Below, in pieces: positions 46,984 through 54,515 of a stretch of 64,000 nt of DNA; within the stretch, counting starts at the first letter, position 1; the number at the start of each line of letters is the position of its first letter. The notes under the pieces are model-generated. The model saw nothing but the letters and a program-made list of their open reading frames with translations. It had not been told where the DNA came from and did no database searches. Both the position numbers and the translations under genes were made by a program. The DNA is taken from positions 15,350 through 79,349 of the forward strand of contig JACQFL010000048.1 of NCBI GenBank assembly GCA_016200085.1, written 5' to 3'. The stretch is from Candidatus Rokuibacteriota bacterium (GTDB taxonomy: Bacteria > Methylomirabilota > Methylomirabilia > Rokubacteriales > CSP1-6).

Positions 46984-47023
46984 TCGCGCGCCCCGCGCGC
47001 GCCTCCTCTCGCCCCCTCGAGGC

Positions 47024-47563
47024 TCAGCGACGGAGCGCCTGCTCGGCCTGACGCAGGTGCTGGCGCTGATGCGCCGCGATCAACCTGAAGCACGAGTAGA
47101 GGTTGTACGTCAGGCGCGCGTCGAAGGGCGAGACGACGCGCAAGGCTCGTAGATCGAGTCCCTCGGCCTTCGCCACGAGACCGACGACGGCGTCCTGAAG
47201 GACGTCGAAGTCGGAGAGGACTGCGGTGCGGGGCCGGTCGACCGACGGCACGAACGCCTCGGTCGTCTTGACCGGTAACCTGAGCGTCGAGGCCCACCAC
47301 AGCAGGCGCCCGAGGACATCCATCCGATGGCTCCCGGACCCGCCGGGCATGCCCCGACCGCGAGCGATGGCGTCCTCGATCAGCGGCAGGAAGGCGCGCG
47401 ACGTGAGGTTGAGGTGGACCAGACACTGCGCCGCCGACCATCGACCCGGCGCCGGGGGCGTCTCCCACGCGGCGTCTCCCGCGACGGCCGCGACGTCGTG
47501 GGCGCGGCGGCGGGCCTCCGCGAGCTCGCCCTGGATGGCGGCCAGCTGCTCCGTGCGGCCCAT
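47024..47563 (-). CDS. DinB/YfiT-like (DinB_2) metal-dependent hydrolase/thiol transferase family protein
   Basis: 179 aa with the conserved His triad pattern. Confidence 0.65.
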   Translation of the reverse strand: MGRTEQLAAIQGELAEARRRAHDVAAVAGDAAWETPPAPGRWSAAQCLVHLNLTSRAFLPLIEDAIARGRGMPGGSGSHRMDVLGRLLWWASTLRLPVKTTEAFVPSVDRPRTAVLSDFDVLQDAVVGLVAKAEGLDLRALRVVSPFDARLTYNLYSCFRLIAAHQRQHLRQAEQALRR

Positions 47564-47572
47564 GGCCGGCGC

Positions 47573-49135
47573 TCAGGCGTCCAGCGAGTCCATGAAGCCG
47601 GCGATCTGCTCGACGCGCACGCCCGAGACCGCGATCTCCGGCGCGTAGATCACCTCGTCGGCCGCCCACACGATCGTGCCCTTGGCCTCTCTCGTCACGC
47701 CCATGACGTTCTCGAGCACGGTGGCGATGTTGTCGTTGATACGCAGCGCGTTGGCGCGCAGGGGCGCCGCCAGGCGGCCGTCGCGGATGACCCAGGAGTC
47801 GCCGACCACGGTGCAGGTGAAGTCGCCGGCGCGCAGGCCGTTGACCGGGTACGTGTACCAGATCCGGCCGACGTAGAGGCCGTCGCGCACCGTGCGGATC
47901 AGCTCCTCGAGGCTCACGGCCTCCGCGCCCTGCACCACCACGTTGGAGGCCGCCACGCCGGGGCCGCGGTCGAACTGGCGGCCGCCGCCGGCGCCGAAGC
48001 GGAAGCCGTTGCGCGGCACGAGCGCCCGCGCGGCCTCGTCGCCCGTCGCGCCGAGCTTGGCGGCCAGCGCCGGGTCGCGCAGCAGGCGCTGGGTCTGGTA
48101 CCAGCTGGACAGGCAGCCGACGAGCACGCCGTCCCTGATCAGGTCGGTGCGTCCCGTCGGCAGGCCCTCGCACGTGATGCCCTTGGAGCCGGTGTAGCCG
48201 GGGACGTTGCCCGCGTCCCAGACGCTCAGGCGCGGCGAGGCCACCTGCCGGCCGAGGCGGCCGAGGAACGGCGTGTTCGAGGCGTAGAAGGTGCCGGCGG
48301 AGCAGGCGGGCACGATGACGTTGTTGAGCAGGTCGCTGACCGGCTGCTTGCCGAAGATGACCGTGTACTCGCCCGAGGGCACGCGCTCGCCGCCGACGGC
48401 GGCGATGGCGTTGCCCGCCGCCTCGATGCCGGCCTCGTCGGAGAACTCCTCGAGGCGCGTGCCCGTCGACCAGCCCGAGCCCTTGGCGTCGCGCGCTTCC
48501 ACCATCGCCGTCACGAACGCCGTGATCAGGGTGGACTCGTCCGTCTGCGCCTCGGGCATGCGCGTCGAGACGATGGCGATGCGCTCCTGGAGGATCGTGA
48601 CGTCGCCGCCGAGGATGAGCCCCAGCGCGCGCAGCGCCTCGTCGCTGCCCGCCAGCTCCGCCAGCCTGGACGAGGCGAGGAAGGTGCGGAGCGCGCCGTT
48701 GACGATCGTCCAGCCCGCGCCCACGAGGGCCTCGTCGTCGATGGCCAGGAGCCTCGGGTCGGCGTAGTCCGTGAGGGTGCGCCGCTCGCGCGCCGGCTCG
48801 GGCAGGGAGACGAAGTCCGGATCGCGCACCGCCGCGGCGCGCGCCTTGTCGAGCGCGCGGCGGGCGCCCGCCTCGCCGAGGTCGGTGGGCTCGCTGCCGA
48901 AGCCGACCACCGGGCCCTGGGGCCCGTCGAAGACCACGTGGAGGCCGAGGCCCGAGGACTCGTCGGACTTCGGCTCCTCGACCCCGTTCGAGGGGATGTG
49001 CGAGGTGTAGCAGAGCCGGGTGAGCAGGCTCGCGTTCGAGGCGACGAAGACCTCGACCTCGCGCACGCCGGGCGCCCGGCGCGCGCCCTCGAAGGCGATG
49101 CGCGCGGCGCGCTCGAGCTCGGTCAGGGTCCGCAC
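47573..49135 (-). CDS. TldD/PmbA-family metallopeptidase homolog (divergent, 520 aa)
   Basis: TldD/PmbA fold, lacking a signal peptide. GAGGTGA Shine-Dalgarno sequence overlapping the upstream rhodanese stop. GTG start. Confidence 0.75.
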   Translation of the reverse strand: MRTLTELERAARIAFEGARRAPGVREVEVFVASNASLLTRLCYTSHIPSNGVEEPKSDESSGLGLHVVFDGPQGPVVGFGSEPTDLGEAGARRALDKARAAAVRDPDFVSLPEPARERRTLTDYADPRLLAIDDEALVGAGWTIVNGALRTFLASSRLAELAGSDEALRALGLILGGDVTILQERIAIVSTRMPEAQTDESTLITAFVTAMVEARDAKGSGWSTGTRLEEFSDEAGIEAAGNAIAAVGGERVPSGEYTVIFGKQPVSDLLNNVIVPACSAGTFYASNTPFLGRLGRQVASPRLSVWDAGNVPGYTGSKGITCEGLPTGRTDLIRDGVLVGCLSSWYQTQRLLRDPALAAKLGATGDEAARALVPRNGFRFGAGGGRQFDRGPGVAASNVVVQGAEAVSLEELIRTVRDGLYVGRIWYTYPVNGLRAGDFTCTVVGDSWVIRDGRLAAPLRANALRINDNIATVLENVMGVTREAKGTIVWAADEVIYAPEIAVSGVRVEQIAGFMDSLDA

Positions 49136-49139
49136 GGCG

Positions 49140-49559
49140 TCACCTCGCGGGCGTGCCCGCCGCGCGGCCCTCGACGGGGTAGCCCTTCTCCTGCCAGCCC
49201 GGCAGGCCCTCGTCGAGCACCTTGTGGTTCCGCCACCCCATCGCGTACAGCATGTTGCTGGCCCCCCGGGACAGCGCGTGGGGGCAGCCTCAGTAGAAGA
49301 CGGCGAGCCCCGTCTTCGTGATCTCGCCGGCGCGCTCGGGCACCGCGCGCAGCGGCATCGAGCGCGCGCCCTTGATGTGCAGCTCCGCGTACTCGGCCCA
49401 GTGGCGCACGTCGATGATGTCCGCCTTCGTGCCCGCGGCGAGGGCGGCGTGCAGCTCGGCGACCTTGATGAAGGCCACGGGGGACTCGGGCGGCGCCGCG
49501 GGCGCGGCGCCCAGCAGCACGCCGGCCGCGGCGAGCACGGGGATCAGGGTGCGGCGCAT
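49140..49559 (-). CDS. Periplasmic single-domain rhodanese (sulfurtransferase) selenoprotein. In-frame TGA at 49290..49292 at the active-site Cys position (VFY-U-GCPHALSRG).
   Basis: Signal peptide MRRTLIPVLAAAGVLLGAAPAAP. The rhodanese core (ADIIDVRHWAEYAELHIKGARSMPL...) runs up to the TGA. The same frame continues for 49 more codons through the rest of the domain (GASNMLYAMGWRNHKVLDEGLPGWQEKGYPV) to a TGA at 49140. It sits between two TldD/PmbA-like genes with 4-nt gaps. Confidence 0.65.
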
Positions 49560-49563
49560 GGGG

Positions 49564-51126
49564 CTAGCCTCCGAGGATCCGGGCGCGGCTGCGCATGGTA
49601 GGCCCGCCGTTGCCGAGCTTCTTGACCTGCATGGGCTGGCCCTTGCCACAGTTGGGGATGGGGTAGAGCGTGAAGTCGGAGCCCACGGCGTCGACGTTGA
49701 GAAGATAGTCGCGCGTGTCAGCGGCGATGCCGCCGTCGCGGTAGACCTGCCCCAGCTCGCCGTGCACGATCTCGTACACGCGGCGCGCCGAGATGCGGAA
49801 GTTCTCGCGGCTCTCGGCGATGGACGGCGTGCGGTGACCGCACACGTACCAGCCGCGGTCGACCTCGCGGATCATCTCTGCGGCCTCGCGGTCGCCGCCC
49901 GCGAAGACCGTGTTCGACATCCGGATCAGCGGCACCAGCGAGGCCTCGGTGGCCTTGAAGTGGCCGTTGGGCGCGCCCCCGAAGATCGCCGCGGTCTGGC
50001 GGCTGTTCATGAAGCCCTGGAAGATCCCGCGATCGATGTGCACCACGCGCCGCGCGGGCGTGCCCTCGTGGTCGTAGGCGTAATGGCCATAGCCGGGGAG
50101 CGCGGGGTCGGAGAAGGCGGTGACCAGCGGCGAGGCCACGCGCTTGCCGACCTGGTGCTGGTCGAGCCCGCGCAGCAACCAGGAGCGCCCGGCATACGCG
50201 GTCTCCATCTTGAGCGCGCGATCGAGCTCGACGGGGTGGCCGATGATCTCGTGGGACACGAGCGTGTTGTAGTGCGGATCGGTGACCACGACGACCTCGC
50301 GGTCCGACGAGGGCAGTACCGGCGCCTCGGCCATCTCGCCCGCCTCGCGCGCAAGATCGAGGGCGAGATCGACGAAGGGCGGGAAGCGGATCCACGGCTC
50401 GCTGACCCCGGTGGCGAGGATCTCCCAGCCGCGCTGATGGCCGGCCGCGTCGGAGATCCCGTGGCTCGTGGAGCCCGAGACCCCGACGGCGCTCACCCAG
50501 CCCTGGGTCAGCGCGAAGGACTGGTCGATCAGGCTGCCCTCGCTGGAGGCGAAGAGCTCGCGCGAGAGCTGGGTGAGCACGCCGATGTAGTTGTAGGACA
50601 CGCGCGGATCGCGCCCCGCGACCTGGCGCGAGACGTCGACGGCGTAGCGCACCATCTCGCCGAGCGGCATCGCGCGGGGGTCGATCGCGTACTCGGCGGC
50701 CACCGTGTCCTCCCGGACCTCGACGGGATGCAGGCGCGTGTCGGCCAGCGCGGCGCCGAGGGGACCGTGCTTGCCGCGCGCCTGGGCCTTCATCTCGGCG
50801 TTGACCCACGCCCGGCGGTAGGCGCGCTCCAGCGCCGCGCGGATAAGCCGCTCGAGGTCGGGGAGATCGGCGGCGCCGAGCGCCTGACCCATCCAGCCGG
50901 CCGCCACCGCGCGGTCGCCCGCGAGCACGCGGACCCCGAGGGCCAGCGTCGCGTCCTCGCCCGCGTACCGCGCGGCACCGTTCTCCGCCCCGGCGGACTT
51001 CGCCTCGGTGACCTCAAGGCGCAGGTCCGCATAGCGCAGGTGCGGCAGCCGCCCGGCAGCGTTGCGGAGGAGGTCACGCGCGCTGGACTTCACCGAGTCG
51101 AGATGGTCAACGCGTATCGGTGCCAC
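49564..51126 (-). CDS. TldD/PmbA-family metallopeptidase homolog (divergent, 520 aa)
   Basis: GAAAGGAG Shine-Dalgarno sequence and GTG start. TldD/PmbA fold. Confidence 0.75.
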   Translation of the reverse strand: MAPIRVDHLDSVKSSARDLLRNAAGRLPHLRYADLRLEVTEAKSAGAENGAARYAGEDATLALGVRVLAGDRAVAAGWMGQALGAADLPDLERLIRAALERAYRRAWVNAEMKAQARGKHGPLGAALADTRLHPVEVREDTVAAEYAIDPRAMPLGEMVRYAVDVSRQVAGRDPRVSYNYIGVLTQLSRELFASSEGSLIDQSFALTQGWVSAVGVSGSTSHGISDAAGHQRGWEILATGVSEPWIRFPPFVDLALDLAREAGEMAEAPVLPSSDREVVVVTDPHYNTLVSHEIIGHPVELDRALKMETAYAGRSWLLRGLDQHQVGKRVASPLVTAFSDPALPGYGHYAYDHEGTPARRVVHIDRGIFQGFMNSRQTAAIFGGAPNGHFKATEASLVPLIRMSNTVFAGGDREAAEMIREVDRGWYVCGHRTPSIAESRENFRISARRVYEIVHGELGQVYRDGGIAADTRDYLLNVDAVGSDFTLYPIPNCGKGQPMQVKKLGNGGPTMRSRARILGG

Positions 51127-51213
51127 GCCGCTCCTTTCTCAGGCCACCCACGCCGGTCCCGGACTCGCGGACCCCGCTACCATGAACCCCCGCTACAATG
51201 TGTCCCGCTACAA

Positions 51214-52407
51214 TCAAAACGGCTCGACGAGCACCGCTTCGCCCTCGGCGACGTCGCCGCGCTCTTCCTCCAGGATCACCAGGCAGTTGCCGACGACCAT
51301 CGAGCTGAGGATGCCGGAGCCCTGGGGCCCGGTGGTGCGCACGGACCAGCCGCCGTCGGCGTAGCGCAGGACCCCGCGCTTGAACTCGCGGCGGCCGGCT
51401 TTCTTGCTCATGGGCTCGGCGGCGCGGGCGAGGAACGTCTCGGGGAAGAGGCGGCGGCGGCCGGCGAGCTTGTAGAGGGCCGGACGCACGAAGAGCATGA
51501 ACGTCAGCATGGAGGCGACGGGATTGCCGGGCAGGCCGAAGAAGTGCGCGGCGCCGATGCGGCCGACCGCGAGCGGGCGGCCCGGCTGCATGGCGACCTG
51601 CCAGAAGTCGACGCCGCCGATCTCGCCCAGGACCTCCTTGACCAGGTCATAGACGCCGACGGAGACCCCGCCCGAGGTCAGCACCACGTCGGCGATGCGG
51701 CCCGCGTCGAGCAGGCGCGCGCGCAGGTCCTCCTTGCGGTCGGGCACGATGCCGAGGTCCGTCACCGAGGCGCCGCACTCCTCGGCCAGCCCACGCAGGG
51801 TGAAGCGGTTGGCGTCGTAGATCTGGCCGGGCGTGCGCTGGGTGCCGGGCTCGGCCACCTCGTCGCCGGTCGAGAGGACGGCCACGCGCGGGCGCTGGCG
51901 CACCAGCACCTGGCGCGCCCCGAGGGAGGCCACGAGGCCGAGCTCCTGGGCGCGCAGCACGGTGCCGCGCTCCACCACGATGACGCCGGCGGTGACGTCC
52001 TCGCCCCGGCGGCGCACGTTCGCGCCCTTGGCGATGGCCACGATCCGCACGCGCGCCCCCGCGCGCTCGACGATCTCCTGCGGCAGCACGGTGTCGGCGC
52101 CGACGGGCATCGGGGCGCCAGTCATGATACGCACGGATTGCCCGGGCGCCAGGGTGCCCCCGAACACGGAGCCGGCGGGGAGATCGGCGACGACGTCGAG
52201 CTCGCGTGTGCCGCTCGCGGGAACGTCGGCGCTGGTGACGGCGTAGCCGTCGACGGCGGAGTTGTCGGCGGGCGGCACGTCGAAGGGCGCGTGCACGTCC
52301 TCCGCGAGCACGCGGCCGCGCGCGTCGACGAGCGCGACGAACTCGGGCGGGGCGACGGCGGTGACCCGGGCCAGGATGTGATTTTGGCCATCCCGCACCG
52401 AAATCAT
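51214..52407 (-). CDS. moeA: Molybdopterin molybdotransferase MoeA
   Basis: Full-length MoeA with the MoCF-binding domain (GGVSVG). Confidence 0.85.
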   Translation of the reverse strand: MISVRDGQNHILARVTAVAPPEFVALVDARGRVLAEDVHAPFDVPPADNSAVDGYAVTSADVPASGTRELDVVADLPAGSVFGGTLAPGQSVRIMTGAPMPVGADTVLPQEIVERAGARVRIVAIAKGANVRRRGEDVTAGVIVVERGTVLRAQELGLVASLGARQVLVRQRPRVAVLSTGDEVAEPGTQRTPGQIYDANRFTLRGLAEECGASVTDLGIVPDRKEDLRARLLDAGRIADVVLTSGGVSVGVYDLVKEVLGEIGGVDFWQVAMQPGRPLAVGRIGAAHFFGLPGNPVASMLTFMLFVRPALYKLAGRRRLFPETFLARAAEPMSKKAGRREFKRGVLRYADGGWSVRTTGPQGSGILSSMVVGNCLVILEEERGDVAEGEAVLVEPF

Positions 52408-52427
52408 GCCGGTATTATACCCGCGCC

Positions 52428-52952
52428 GTGAGCGAGGTCATGTCCGTCGCACCACGTCCCGCGGGGTTCTGGATCCGCGCCGTCGCTGCGCTCGTCGACC
52501 TCGCGCTCTTCTTCATGGTGCAGCGGTCGCTCACGCTCCTCGGCGGCCGCCTGTGGGGCGGCAGCGGGGAGGGCTTCACGGGCGTGGTGGGATCCTTCAC
52601 GCTGCTCTTCGCCGCGGTGTACGCGATCGTGCTGCACGCCGGGCCCGGACAGACGCTCGGCAAGCTCGTGGTCGGGGCGCGCGTGGTGGACGTCGACGGC
52701 GGCCCGGCCGGGGTGGGGCCCGCGCTGCTGCGGTGGTTCGGCTACTTCCTCTCGGGCGCGACGTTCGGCGCGGGGTTCGTGATCGCGGGGCTGCGGCGCG
52801 ACAAGCGTGCGCTGCACGATCTCGTCGCCGGCACGCGCGTCGAGCGCATGCCCCGGCGCCGTCCCGTGGCCGGCGTGCCGCCCACCCCTCCACCCGGCCC
52901 GCCTGCCGTGCCTGGCGAGGCGGAGCCACCGGCGCCCCCGACCGGATACTGA
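52428..52952 (+). CDS. RDD-family membrane protein with a Pro-rich C-tail
   Basis: WIRAVAALVDLALFF...GKLVVGARVV. Confidence 0.7.
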   Translation: MSEVMSVAPRPAGFWIRAVAALVDLALFFMVQRSLTLLGGRLWGGSGEGFTGVVGSFTLLFAAVYAIVLHAGPGQTLGKLVVGARVVDVDGGPAGVGPALLRWFGYFLSGATFGAGFVIAGLRRDKRALHDLVAGTRVERMPRRRPVAGVPPTPPPGPPAVPGEAEPPAPPTGY

Positions 52953-52990
52953 CCGGCAGCGACTTCGGGATCGACCGGGGAGGGTAGGCC

Positions 52991-53785
52991 ATGGACCTCG
53001 AGCTCAGGGGCAAGTCGGCGCTCGTGACCGGAGGCAGCCGCGGCATCGGCCGGGCGGTGGCGATGGGGCTGGCGAAGGAAGGCGCGCGGGTGGCGATCTG
53101 CTCGCGCTCGGCCCAGTCGCTGGCGGCGACGGCCGCCGACATCCGGGCGAAGACCGGCGTGGAGGTGCTGCAGATCCCCGCGGACCTGTCATCGCTGGCC
53201 GGGGTGACGACGGTGGCGACCCGCGCGGTGGAGCACTTCGGGGGCCTCGACGTCCTCGTCAACAACGCCGGCGCGATCCGAGGCGGCGATTTCATGAAGA
53301 TTCCCGACGAGCAGTGGATGGGTGACTGGAGCCTCAAGCTCCTCGGCTACATCCGCATGTGTCGCGCGATCTTCCCGGTGATGCAGCAGCACGGCGGCGG
53401 CCGCATCTGCAACGTCGTCGGCGCGGCGGCCCGCAACCCCTCGCCCGGCTACCTGGTCGGCGGCACCGCCAACGCGGCGCTGATCAACTTCACGAAGGGC
53501 CTCGCCGACCTCGGCGCGCCGTCCCAGATTCTCGTCACTGGCGTGTCGCCCGCGGCGACGGCGACGGAGCGCTGGGAGTCGCTCATCGAGCAGCAGGCCA
53601 AGGCCGCCGGCCAGCCGTACGAGGACTACCGGGCGGACGCGGTTCGCGCCTACCCCCTCGGCCGCATCGGCACCTCCGAGGACGTCGCCGACCTCGTCTG
53701 CTTCCTTGTCTCCGCCCGCGCCGCCTTCCTGACGGGCATCACCATCACCATCGACGGCGGCTCCACCCGCGGCGTGTATCCATAG
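52991..53785 (+). CDS. SDR family oxidoreductase
   Basis: TGGSRGIGRA ... NNAG. Paralog of the SDR at 58106. Confidence 0.8.
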   Translation: MDLELRGKSALVTGGSRGIGRAVAMGLAKEGARVAICSRSAQSLAATAADIRAKTGVEVLQIPADLSSLAGVTTVATRAVEHFGGLDVLVNNAGAIRGGDFMKIPDEQWMGDWSLKLLGYIRMCRAIFPVMQQHGGGRICNVVGAAARNPSPGYLVGGTANAALINFTKGLADLGAPSQILVTGVSPAATATERWESLIEQQAKAAGQPYEDYRADAVRAYPLGRIGTSEDVADLVCFLVSARAAFLTGITITIDGGSTRGVYP

Positions 53786-53841
53786 GAACCTGGGTGGAAC
53801 CCCTTCGGTGATCCGCGACTGGATTGGGCAGCGCCGCGCGC

Positions 53842-53987
53842 GGCAGGGGTGGGGCTGGAGAGGGGTCCCGGGAGCCCTTGGGTACGCGTGGAGAACGGCG
53901 CGCCTCGATGACCGCGACAGCGTGTCCCCGGCGGAGAGTAGGCACAGTCAGTGGGCTCCCGGACCCCTCTCCAGCCCCACCCCTGCC
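53842..53987. repeat. About 145-bp intergenic element with 35-36 bp G-rich terminal inverted repeats (copy 3 of the family)
   Basis: ggcaggggtggggctggagaggggtcccgggagccc ... gggctcccggacccctctccagccccacccctgcc. Loop begins TTGGGTACGCG and ends CACAGTCAGT. Confidence 0.6.
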
Positions 53988-54130
53988 TTCGCCGACGCCC
54001 GCGCCATCACGCGCCGCGTGGCTGTAAAGTGGCTTGACAGGCGTCGCCTCCTGTCACTACTGTAGCGCCGGGTACAGTCGGGTCCCACTTTCCATCAGCC
54101 CCTGTCATCGAGGGCAGGAGGTCGCGCGCG

Positions 54131-54469
54131 ATGCCCGCTAAGCTGTTCGTCGGCAACCTCTCGTTTCAGGCCCCGGAGGAGGATCTGCGCGAGCTGTTCG
54201 CGCAGGCAGGGACCGTTGAGACGGTCCGCATCATCACCGATCAGTTCACCGGGCGCCCGCGCGGATTCGGCTTCGTCGAGATGGCGACCAAGGAAGAGGC
54301 GACCAAGGCCGTGGAGATGCTCAACGGCCGGCTCTTCAGGGATCGCAATCTTGTCGTCGACGAGGCCCGTCCCCAGCCCCAGCGCGGCCCCGGCGGCGGA
54401 GGCGGTGACCGTGGCCCACGCGGCCCGCGCCCCGGCGGCGGGGGCGGCGGAGGCGGCTGGCGCCGCTGA
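54131..54469 (+). CDS. RRM-type RNA-binding protein with Gly/Arg-rich tail
   Basis: KLFVGNLSF (RNP2) ... RGFGFVEM (RNP1). Confidence 0.85.
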   Translation: MPAKLFVGNLSFQAPEEDLRELFAQAGTVETVRIITDQFTGRPRGFGFVEMATKEEATKAVEMLNGRLFRDRNLVVDEARPQPQRGPGGGGGDRGPRGPRPGGGGGGGGWRR

Positions 54470-54477
54470 CGTCCGTG

Positions 54478-54512
54478 CGGGGTGAGCGGCGGTCGAGCGG
54501 GATCGGCCGCCG
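54478..54512. terminator. Bidirectional GC-rich hairpin between convergent genes
   Basis: gcggcggtcgagcgggatcggccgccgc. Confidence 0.4.
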
Positions 54513-54515
54513 CGC

